From Azolla caroliniana (lineage: Eukaryota; Plantae; Polypodiophyta): a DNA stretch of 64,000 nt. Each line of letters opens with the position of its first letter. Position 1 is the stretch's first letter. The DNA is taken from contig JBHGNT010000013.1 of NCBI GenBank assembly GCA_043228905.1, forward strand, positions 18,662,001-18,726,000, given 5' to 3'. Position numbers and translations under genes: made by a program. A model generated the notes under the pieces. It had not been told where the DNA came from and ran no database searches. It worked only from the letters and a program-made list of their open reading frames with translations. This document shows positions 38,113 to 49,597 of the stretch, piece after piece.

Positions 38113-38807
38113 TGTCGTGAAGAAAACCGTCCCCGGGCGCAAACCGTGTATAGCGTGTGTCAACCGACCCTTACACGTGGGCACGCCCCTTGTTGTATAA
38201 TAGATAGGTAGGCACAAAAGTCAAATCCTAGGTAGCAATATTCTATAGGGAGAATCGAGGAGTATCTCTGTCCGAAAGGACAGAGAATTAATGTGATGTA
38301 AACAGGTGAAAACGGTCTCCCTCCTTGAGATATAAAAGAGAGGTAGACGGGGAGAGAGGGGTATCGCGCGCGAGAGGGGACGAAGTGTTGTCGGACTGGG
38401 ACCGAGCTCCTCTTCTCTGTCATTCTCCATTGCTTTCTTTTGCGCAGGTTCTCGAGAGGCTGATTCTGCTCCGTGGAACGCCCGTGTGCTTCCGGCAGAA
38501 TCTCCATCTTGCTCCCCTGCGCGCGTGGGTTATCAGGCGTCGGTATCCATCTAGCCGACCTGATCGGTTGTAACCGTTCGCGTCGTCTGCATACATATAT
38601 TTATATACGTACACTAGTGTTCATATACTCTATTCCCCTTTCAACTCGTGTCTCCTGTGTTGTTGGGCCACGTTCCCGTGCGCTTCTTTGTCTATACATG
38701 TGAGAGCGTGTCTCTCTCTCTCTCTCTCCCCTTTTCTCACCTATTCCTCGGTCCAAGACCCCAATGGTCCCGCCTTGTTCTCCACGCACGCGCGTAACAA
38801 TGCGACA
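38113..38807 (+). mobile_element. Solo LTR F inserted in D's 5' LTR
   Basis: TGTCG..CGACA termini; absent from D's 3' LTR (empty site ttcACGCgggg); flanks ACGA/ACGC. The last ~55 nt match the ends of the E and G LTRs. Confidence 0.88.
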
Positions 38808-39457
38808 ACGCGGGGAAGCGTGAACGACTAATTAGACCATGCATATATAAAGGGCAGAAAACCTCTTAAGGAGGTGCGTGTAAATTTTGGGAAATGTAAA
38901 AGAACGCTTGATAATAGAATACTATCTTCTCTGAGTTTCTGTGTATAGGTACGACTAATTCAGTGTCTGTGTCTCGGATACGTAATCGTAGTAGTACGTA
39001 AGCGCAACCTGTGATAAGGAGTCGGTTGTAGCCGTCTCCCCTTACACACGGAGGAATCACAGAGGTTCTCTCCTTACGTAGTACGATTAAAGCTCTGTTC
39101 GTTGTTCCACACCCACCTTGGGGTCTAGGTCGAAGGACTGACCATGGACCGTGTTCCTAAGAGGCAACACTTTTGGCACGCTTGGTGATCTGTGTTTCCT
39201 CACAGACGAACAACAACGAATGGATGTTTAGCTGCAGACGACCCAGAGAACCAACAAGACAAGACCGGCCAATAACAAGGTCGGTCACACGCCAGGCAGA
39301 AGAATGCGCCCGGCAAAAGCCACGCATCGGCGACCCCAGTAATACCTGCCAGGAGTGCAAAGGGGATTCCTTGCTCCCCAAATACCTCGACGAGGCGAGG
39401 GGACCACACTTACCGCAACCACCCGGTGACCTTTTCCGATCCGCCGTAGCTCCCACG

Positions 39458-42400
39458 ATGGCCTTTGCCTACCCCCGCTTTAATGGCGAAACCGACACCG
39501 CAACTCATATTCGCATGTTCTTAAACGTTTGGAATGCAAACCACATGGCACAGAACCTTTCCGAGACGGTGTCGCGTTGTTACGCGCGTGCGTGTGGAAG
39601 GGGCGGGACCACGGGGGTCTTTGGCTAGGGAGAAGAGGAGAAAGGTTAAGACAACGAATGGAAGATTAGCTCATAGCTCAAGAGGAGAAGAGAACGAATA
39701 TGACATTATGATAGAAGAAGATGAAGAAGATGAAGAAGATGGAGTCAAGATACTCAACAAGAAGTTCGATTAAGAAAACATAAACGCTTTACAATGGTGG
39801 CCGCCATGGCCGCACCAAACGACTATAAGAAAACCCTAAAGGAAAACCCAAGAAGAAAACCCTAACCGAACCCTAACGCTCGACCTATGTGGTATACCTC
39901 GCACACTCAAAATAGGCAACCCCCACAATGGTGCCTTCTCTCTCCTTTTATAGCACAAGGAGGGAAGACCGTTTACAAAAGTGAGACTAAAATATCCCCT
40001 TTCATTCAAAGGGGATATTTGCCTTGATTTGGGGGAGGGTGAGATTGATGGCCCCTTAACTCCCACCTCCTCACAAACGACTAGGTACCTATGTACCGCA
40101 TAGTACCTCTCTCTCTCTCTCCCGCGTGGATGTGCGTACAACCACATCACCTTTATACCTTTATTACTATTACAAATACATTATGTACGTGTGCAACGTT
40201 GCACATCGCTCTTTGGCTCTCGTTGCTCGGGTTTCCGCTTGTGGACGAAAATCTTCACGACAACGGTGGCACACCAGTCGAAAATGACGGAGTTCGGATT
40301 AACATTAGATGGGTGTGCGGTGTTCTGGCATTCACAGATGGATTTACCAGCCATAACAACCTTCGATCAACTGCAGTCCGTCTTCTTGCGTTTTTTCCAC
40401 CGGAGGGTTCCACAACGCGAGATTCTCGGGCAGTTTTATAGAATTAAGCAACTACCGACTGAGACGATAGCAGACTTCAGCTTACAGTTCCAAAATTTAC
40501 GACGGAAACTAGATCGAAGCCCTGCGGAGGAGGAGGCTCGGGAGACATTTCTAGCAGCGTTACGTCGGCCCATCCGAGCAACACTCAACAGCAATAGCGT
40601 GAAAGGGGAAACGGCGGATATGGTGATTGAACGAGCGTTACAACTCGAATTGGATGACGAGGAGGAGAGGTTTTCGATGTCATCCTTACGACAAGCGTTA
40701 CCTCAGGATGAGGAACGCCAATTTCGTCAGGCAATCCAGTGCACGATTTGCTTGAACTCGGGGCATTCCGCGATGGAGTGCAATATGCGAATCCACTGCC
40801 CAATCTGCCACTCGAAGGTTCACATAGTCGACCAATGCGAGTACAATATGTTAAACAGGGCCACGCCCGCGGTCCGCAGCATGGACACACAGTGGCAACC
40901 ACATCGAGCGGAACAAAGGAGGCAAGAAGACCGACCCTGGTATAAGGATCGCAACCCACGGGAGGACAGGTACAACCGAAATCGCCAGAATCACAACGAG
41001 TCCGAGGAGGAGGACCCGGAAGACGAGGATTATCGTGGACATTCGAGTTACGCCAAAGGGGGTCGGCGATACGAACATCAACGCCCGATAAACAAACGGG
41101 GCGGCTTCAATGGCTATCGAGGTAAGCCTCGACAATATAGCGATCACCGGCGTTACGACGAAAGCTCGGGGGATGAGTGGCACCAGGAACAACGACGGGA
41201 TCAACAGCAGCCACCGCGTACGTCCCGCCAAACGAGGCCGGACCGCGAGGAGCAAGTAGCGCCCGTAGAACGACACACTCCACCTGGGGTTGAGAAGGGA
41301 GAATCAAGCATCCATTGTTTTATTTGTCAGCAACCCGGACATTATGCCACACAATGCCCAACATGCAAGGGAAAGGGGCCCGCCGTCAACACGATTACAG
41401 CGGAGGTGCAACAAGTCACGACACGCTAGAAAACGAAAACGGCGGATTGGGTTGCGCAGGACGAGGTACGACGACAAGCCCAAGCCTGGGTGGAAAAAGC
41501 AAACGCGACCAATACGGAACGTATGAGGCAGGAGTCCGCGAACGCAATGAAGCGAACAGAGAACGAAAAACTGGGGCCGGACCCCATTTGGCAAGTGTTA
41601 GCGGGCTGTGAAATCACGCTAATTATGGAAAAACTGCTACAGCTAGTTCCACGTTTCCGCCAGACCATGGAAGCACAGGTGGCGGGCATGACCGGGTCGA
41701 GCGTTGCCACAAACCTGACTGACGTCAGCGAGGGACCACCAGTGGTAGATCAGCACAACCCGGCCATTACAGTAATATTGCACGGAGAGGAAGTCCCTGG
41801 ATGTGTAATCGACGGCGGCTCAGGCGTCAATGTGATTAACGCAAAAACTTGCGAACAGTTGGGCATTTCCGAATGGGAGGCGTGTCCATTCTGGCTTCGC
41901 ATGGCAGATACCCGATCAGTGCGGCCGTTGGGGCTAATTCGCAAAATAGGCATCATCGTGGGCGGACACCGCTTCGACATATCGGCGGTCGTCCTCGCTT
42001 TGGATGCGCCAGGAGCATACCCAGTGCTTCTGGGCAGACAATGGCTTCAGACAGAAAATATCAAGCAGAGCTGGCAACACGAGTGTATCAGTTTCCGGCA
42101 GGGACGCATCAAGGTTCGTGTTCCTACGAAAGGCAATACGCCCCAACCTAAGGGGATAACACCGTTGTATGCGGAAGACATCAATATGTTGGCTGGGGTG
42201 GAGAATGCCGAATTGGAAGCGTACCTTGACGAACATCCTCGGATTATTCCATTGTTCGAGATAGATGTCATCGCAACTGCGGCAGAATATACTACGGCCA
42301 TTGTTCCGAGCGAAGAGCCGTACGAACCAAACCCAGAGTCCATATTGGAACTCAGCAGAGCACAGGCGGCCTTCGAAAGGGAAATGGAGATTTCATGACG

Positions 42401-45277
42401 GGTCACCGCCTCCGCTCTCGACGAAGTAAATGTGGGTACGGGATCGGAACCCCGGTTCCTCTCCATAGCAAAAGAATTGAGGCCGGACCAGAGAACCACA
42501 ATGATCGCACTACTCACGGAATATAAAGATGTGTTTGCGTGGGCTCATGAGGACATGAAGGGGTTAGATCCCAAATTCTATCAGCATAAGATCAATTTAG
42601 CAACGGACGCGAAACTTGTCCAGCAGCGTCGCTACCGCATGAACCCCAATTACGCGACCCGCGTGAAAGAAGAAATTGACAAGCTGTTGAGGGCTGGGTT
42701 CATACGGCCAGTAAAACAAGCGACATGGCTTGGCCCGATAGTGGTTGTCCCAAAGAAAAACGGCAAAATACGGGTATGCGTGGATTACCGGAAATTAAAC
42801 GTCGTAACCATTACAGATGCATTTCCCTTACCCTTCACCGATAGCGTGTTGGACGCCGTCGCAGGCCATGACATGTACAGTTTCTTAGATGGCTTCAGTG
42901 GCTATAACCAAGTACGCATGCACCCCGACGACCAGGAGAAGACGACATTTGTCACGGACTGGGGAGTATATGTGGCGGTCGTCATGATGTTCGGGCTAAA
43001 GACAGCACCGGCAACATTCCAACAAACGATTATGGAGATCTTTGGGGAATACATTCCGGCATTCATGCAAGTCTTTTTAGACGATTTTGCGGTATATGGC
43101 CGAACAAAAGACCATTTCTCGCACTTACGTCTCTGCCTGGAACGTTGCCGCACCGCAAGCTTAAGCCAGAATCCCGCGAAATGTGCCTTCGGCGTGACCA
43201 GCAGGACTCTCCTAGGCCACATAGTCAGCAAGGAAGGAATAGCGGTCGACCCAAACAAGATCTCCGCTATTACGCAAGCTAAAACTCCGACAAATGCCAA
43301 AGCACTTACCGGTTTCTGGGCCAAATACGGTGGCATAGTCGGATGATACGGTATTTGGCGGACTTCGCCACGCCACTACACGCTGTCGTACATCGGACTC
43401 CTTTCCAATGGATTGCAACAGAGGATAAGGCCTATGAGGCACTTAAGATAATGCTCACGCAAGCGCCTGTAGTACAACCTCCAATTTGGGCGAAGCCATT
43501 CCACGTGTTAGTCGACGCCTCGGACATAGCAATAGGAAGCGCGCTAATGCAACTCACCGAACCAAATTGGTACAGGCCAGTATACTACGCAAGTCGTAAA
43601 TTATCAGCAGCAGAGCGTAACTATTCCACAACAGAGCGGGAGGCGCTAGGGATGATCTATAGCATCAATAAATTCCGACATTATTTACTGGGACGGAAAT
43701 TCACGTTCCACGTGGATCATTCAACATTATTGTATTTGGTAGAGAAACAAGCCCTGACAGGGAAATTGGTGCGGTGGATGCTGCTGCTCCAGGAATTCGA
43801 GTTCGTAATTCAGCACCGGCCAGGGACGCAACACGTAGTGGCGGATTTTTTGAGCAGACTTGAGAATGGAGAAACAGTACAAAAAGACGACGACGATTTT
43901 CCGGATGCCGACATTTGGCGAGTAGCGACATTTGTAGAAAAAACGAAATCGACCTTTCTGGATCGATGGCTTATGGAAATGACGTACTTTTTGACTACAG
44001 GACTACCTCCACCACAATTAAGCACAGACGAGAAGAAATGACTAGCCGTCCGAAGCCGTCACTTCTGCCTCGTCGAAGGAATTTTATATCACAAAGGAAG
44101 TGACGGCATTTGGCAACGCGGAGTCCGTAAGGATGAGAAGGAAGCAGTTTTACGGGAGGCACACTACGGCACGGCCGGCGGCCATTACGCAGGCGACGTG
44201 ACAACCCGCAAAGTATGGCAGGCGGGCTTATGATGGCCAACAACGCAGAAGGACGCATCCGAGTATTGTAGAAAGTGTGATTTGTGCCAGTGGATGGGTC
44301 AGCCCGCGGAGGACGCAAGGATGCCACACCAGCCCGTATTACCACTAGACCCCTTCCAAAAGTGGGGATTGGATTTTGTGGGGCCCTTCACACCAGCAGC
44401 AGACCGTACGGGCAACAAATACATATTGGTAGCCACGAATTACTGTACCAAATGGGAAGAACCAAAGGCACTACGGGAAAATACGGCGGCCGTCACAGCC
44501 AAATTTCTGTACAAGCACATCTGGTGCCGGTTCGACTGCCCGATTGAGCTCATCAGTGACCAGGGGAGCCACTTCCTCAATACGGTGGTTCGGGAACTAA
44601 CACAGCATTACGTAGTCGTCCACAAGAAAAGCACGCCATACTACCCGCAGGCGAATGGATTAGCGGAATCCACGAACAAAACTTTACAGACCATTTTGAA
44701 GAAAACCGTCAATGAAAACAGAACGGACTGGGATACCAAACTCCAGAGTGCGTTATGGGCGTACAGAACTAGTTACAAAACAAGCATACGGTCAACACCG
44801 TTCCGGCTAGCGTTTGGACTAGAAGCGGTAATGCCGGTCGAATTTCGGGTACCTAGTTTGCGCATTCAGGTACGGAACCGATTATCAGAAGCCAAGTCAG
44901 AGGAGGAACGACTCTACCAACTCCTTGAACTAGGGGAGAAATGCATCCACAACATGGCTATGTTGGAAGAAGAACAGCGACGGCGTAAAGCATTTGTCGA
45001 TCGACATCGGAGCGCAAGGGAAAAGGAGTTTGCCGTGGGCCGAGCGGTGCTAGTTTTTCAAACGCGCATGGGCCAGATGTCGGGTAAGCTACGTTTCCGC
45101 TGGACCGGCCCATACTGGATAATTGGAGCGGAACAGGGCACGTTCCAACTAGGAACACTGGCTGGATAAATAGTACGGCAAAAAGTGAATGGGTTTCGGC
45201 TCAAACCTTCCCTAGGCCCTACGCCATCTAACCCATTCACCGCCGAACGGGACAAAGCCGGAGAACCCGCAGCGTAA
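39458..45277 (+). pseudogene. Element D gag-pol, interrupted by solo LTR G and several stops
   Basis: Removing 39570-40266 restores QNLSETV-AHQSKMTEFGL. ORF pieces 40191-41429, 41490-42398, 42432-43346, 43343-44041, 44282-45169. Confidence 0.9.
39570..40262 (-). mobile_element. Solo LTR G inserted in D gag, inverted relative to F and E
   Basis: TGTCG..CGACA termini with perfect 4-bp TSD ACGG. Reverse complement starts tgtcgtgaagattttcg and ends ccaagacccccgtggtcccgcc..cgcgcgtaacaacgcgaca. Confidence 0.9.
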
Positions 45278-45628
45278 AAGGGACAGGCCCAATTGTACTA
45301 TAATGTAAAAATAGGGGGTAACTAACCGTTAGGAAAAAAAAAAAAAAAATTGAAAAAAGAAAAGAAAAGAAGAGAAGATAGCGACTATTAAAACGACTAA
45401 AGGCATGCACAAACTCCTAGTTCAAGAACACGCGGCACCACGATGGCTCACCGCCCAATGAACCCTAAGCCACAAAAAGAAGGAAATAGAAGGTTTTCTG
45501 CACAAAGCAGAAACACAACGTCTAGCTATCAGCGCTCCCATCACTCCTCCTCACCTTCTTCCCCATCACATCTCAGAGCTCCAACTCACCACTGCTACCC
45601 GTCGCCTCTCCACGAACCTACTCTGGCG

Positions 45629-47732
45629 ATGCCGATCTTCATCTCTACTGCCCTACGCCGATGGCTCGTGGAGAAGCGCTTGGATGGTTATATTCGGGTC
45701 GCAGAAGCACCTCCGCACCCGGACACCATGGACATCGCCAGGCGGCTTAACATCGACACGGTCACAAACTCTTCCATTCGGAAGAAGTTAGACCTATCCT
45801 CACTAAGCGAAAGACATTTCGAAATACCTCCTACAGAGGCGTTGCAGCGGTATTTTGGCCCATACTCATCCTCCGCCAAAGCCTATAGAACAAAACAGAT
45901 TCCGGATCCCTTCTTCCGTGAAGTTGCCAAGTTCCTACTGGAAGTAGGCTGCGTCCATGTCAACGCTTACGGGATGCCTAAACAGAAGGCGGGCATCATT
46001 ATCGACACCTTTGAGGGGCGTACAGTCGACTGGGGGATCATCACAGGGCCGACGTTAAGGGAAGGCTTGCATGCGTACCAAGCAGGCAAAAAGCTCAGGC
46101 CAATCATCCAACAATACCTTACGGTACTGTTTCCACCCCGAGACCTACTAGCACCACAGCCCAGCCAACCCACGGCCCCGCCCCGCTCCGCGAAACACAG
46201 GTTAGCGGAGTTAGCGGCCCCAGAGTGGGAGGAAGAACCCCAACCGGCCCAACGAGACCCAAGGACAACACCTCCTACCGACCAACCGGATACACGGGCA
46301 ACGCAGGAGGAACAACCGAGACACCCCATGGAGGCAGCCCCAGAACCAGACACCGAAGCACGGGGGGAAAGCCCTAGATCCAAACGGCGCAGATTGGACA
46401 GAAAAGATGGGCGGGGGTTGGTAAAAAACGCTCCCACAGATCCGGAGGCACCGACCGCAGGCGAAGGCCCCGCAACAGCAGAGCCGAATACCACCTTCGA
46501 AATCATCCGGGAGCCGCGGCCGATTATTACGACTCAATCCCAGCGAGGGAAAGTCGTATTGACGGCGGAAAGCAAGGTTTTGGCATATCCGGATATTCCG
46601 GATACGGCCCACGAATTCAGCGCCCTCTTGCAGTTCGGTACCTCTTTCGAGCTCATGGAGTTCCTGGCAACACAACAGGTCAAAGCCGCCCAATGCATGG
46701 CCGAGGAGCATGCAGAATGACAGATGATAGAGTGCGCCCTAACACAAACAACGGCTAGCCAGGGTCGGCAGACAGAGGAACGCTGGGGTACGGCGAGTAG
46801 GGATGGAGATACCACCCTTAAACACGGCCCTAGTCGAAGTCCATCGGGAACTGGCAAAGGTCAGCACGGGCGCCAAGGAGATGGCCATAAAAAATAAGAA
46901 TGTCTGGAAGAAGGTTAAACTGACCGAAGCCGAACTACAAAAGGCCAACGCACGCATCGCGGAGTTAGAAGCTCATACGACTACGGCGCAACACGAAACC
47001 CTGCCACCGAACCACGTTATCAACGCTCTCAAAGAAAAAATAGAGGCTCAGACTGCCATCGCCTCAAAATAGAGGGTTTTATAAGCTAAACGAGGAGAGC
47101 ATTGTGACCGTACGGGAGGACCTAGCGCAAGACTATCGCGCGTTAGCAGACCAACACTCCGAAGAACTCGCACAACTCCTAGACGATTTTGGTGAAAGTC
47201 AGGAGGAGCTATTTCACCAGATCACACAAACCGGCAACATGCACACAAACGAGGAACCCAGCGAGACACCAATTCCGGTCACAACCGAAGAAGAGGAACC
47301 TCAGGTCCGATCACCAGCGAGGACAACGAGGGAGAATAGCGGGGACGAACGAGCGGAGTTCCCCACAAGACCAGACAGCGAAACCATTAACCAACAAAAG
47401 GTCCAGCCCACACCATCTTCAGAAAACGCGGAAAATAGTGCGGACCAGGCGGAATCCCCACCCCACGCCCAGGGACACACAAAAACGGCCAACACCACGG
47501 AGGACGTAACAATAGAGGCGGAGCAACAGCCGACTGCAAGCACGCTACCGGCGGAGCCCAGCCCACGAACTCAAGAAGAGCCCACCGTACCCGGACCACC
47601 CGCACACGGCGAAGGCGACTTCAGGAGAAACCAGGCCGACCAAGCAGAGGAGCCGCACCACGATGCACTATGGGCCCTACATCAACTCCGGCCGAGGACT
47701 CCACAACAGAGCCGAATATCCGGGGCATTTTG
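45629..47732 (+). pseudogene. Element D extra ORF (env-like position), unknown function
   Basis: Sense ORF pieces downstream of IN (45443-46720, 46803-47072, 47104 onward): a ~170-aa ordered-looking N-terminal region (..IIDTFEGRTVDWGII..), a P/E/T-rich linker and a coiled-coil-like segment. Confidence 0.65.
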
Positions 47733-48360
47733 TGTTGGGAAACAGGTCCCTCCGGATGGGAAGGTAGAAGAACAGCGCCGACGAACAAACTCGGCCGAGG
47801 CCGACAGGCCGAGGCCGAACCGGTATGAACCGGATGAGGAGTACCCGACTGCGGAGAGTCGGATGGTGCAGGCCCGGTATGAACCAGATGAGGAGTACCC
47901 GACTGCGGAGAGCCGGATGGAGCCCATCGTGGCTACATTTGTAAATAGCCGAAAAGTCATATTTGTATAAATATGACTTAGGGCAAACTTTTAGTAGTGG
48001 TTGTCATTCTTGTTGTCATTCCTTCTTGTTGGTGCAAGAAGAGATTAGAGCGCGTAACTGTACAGAGAGAGAGAGAGAGACGAGGTCGTTGCCTCTGTTG
48101 TAACCGCCGCCTGTGGCGAAGATCTGTGAGCACGAGGTCGTTGCCTTAGTGATCTCACTGTTGTATATTTCTGCATAGTGACAGTTTGCAGGTTGTGGGC
48201 TGCCGTGGTTTTTCCCCTATTTTGGGGTTTTCCACGTATACCTCCTGTGTACCATTTCTCCTCTTTTCTTGTCGCGTTTTTCATTACCTGTTTTTCTGTG
48301 TATGTAAAGAATCTCGGTTGTGGCCGAGCATTGGACATAAGGAACGTTAAGTTCTCAACA
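47733..48360 (+). mobile_element. Solo LTR H (copia-like appearance) in D's 3' region
   Basis: TGTTG..CAACA termini with perfect 5-bp TSD TTTTG; TATAAATA at ~47966; internal ~54-bp tandem duplication (~47820-47920). Superfamily assignment is uncertain. Confidence 0.85.
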
Positions 48361-48991
48361 TTTTGAAAGAAGATTAACGGGATGGGTCCGACGTGCAAAG
48401 GCACTGTCCCACAGGCGTGCCAGGTGTTGTCCGCCGGAATAGTAACCGACGGCCAAAAGCGTAGGAATAAGAAACTATATAAAGCGTAACGTATGTAACG
48501 GTTCACGCGGGGAAGCGTGAACGGCTAATTAGACCATGCATATATAAAGGGCAGAAAACCTCTTAAGGAGGTGCGTGTAAATTTTGGGAAATGTAAAAGA
48601 ACGCCTGATAATAGAATACTATCTTCTCTGAGTTTCTGTGTATAGCTATGACTAATTCAGTGTCTGTGTCTCGGATACGTAATCGTAGTAGTACGTAAGC
48701 GCAACCTGTGATAAGGAGTCGGTTGTAGCCGTCTCCCCTTACACATGGAGGAATCACAGAGGTTCTCTCCTTACGTAGTACGATTAAGCTCTTTTCGTTG
48801 TTCCACACCCACCTTGGGGTCTAGGTCGAAGGACTGACCACGGACCGTGTTCCTAAGAGCCAACATGGGCCACGTGGGCCTACTACGAAAAGAGGGCTCA
48901 TTTGGCTTGACCATTAGGTTGCACTTTGGCGTATGCCATCGTAATTACGAGACTTGAGGTTAGGTAACATACCAACATAGTTGTGCACTCA

Positions 48992-49178
48992 CCCTTGTGT
49001 AATTGTGTGAATAATAGGAGTTAAGTCGGGACAAAGAATCCCATGTAAATCGGGATTTATCCCACATTGTAACGCATCCCTCTCCTTGTTCTATAAAAGG
49101 AAGGGATGGTCCCTTGTAGAAGGGTTGCCCATTTTGTATTAGTAGCGTATACCGTTAGACGGAGAAATGTTCTCTCTT

Positions 49179-49220
<42 letters not shown>

Positions 49221-49562
49221 TAGGGTTTTTCTTTCTCTTGCTCTCCTCTACTTCTTCTTCTTCGTCCTTCTGTGCATCAAGCCTTGGCATCTAGCGTTCC
49301 AGTTTTCTGCCATGTACTCTGTGCAAGACCCCGCTCGGCGTGACAAGCTCGAGATCTCCCCAACCGGCGGCTTGGCAGTAGACCACGGTTGTATCTCGTG
49401 CGACCTAGGTCCGGCTTGAAATCGGTGTTGAATCTCGTTGTCTTGTAAATACATATACATTTGGTTGTGCATATTCGGGTCTCTGTTGGTGTGTGTGTGT
49501 GTGTCTTAATGTTTCTTTCTTGCTTATGTACTTGTTCGTGCGAGAGTCAATGTTGCATGTCT

Positions 49563-49597
<35 letters not shown>

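Larger units (their letters stand above)
38029..48865 (+). mobile_element. Element D: non-chromovirus Ty3/gypsy (Athila/Tat-related) with an extra 3' ORF
   Basis: 5' LTR 38029-39169 (split by F), 3' LTR 48425-48865, about 97% identical; TSD TGGGT/TGGGC. PBS TGGCACGCTTGGTG at 39174. gag, PR IDGGSGVN, RT YKDVFAW..SFLDGFSGYNQ..VFLDDF, RH DASD..NYSTTEREAL, IN WGLDFVGP..SDQGSHF..YPQANGLAE. No chromodomain. Confidence 0.93.

Noticed and set aside
47820-47970. RYEPDEEYPTAESRM peptide repeat at the end of ORF 47104-47970
   Set aside because: It lies inside solo LTR H (TSD TTTTG), so it is read-through into a non-coding tandem duplication.
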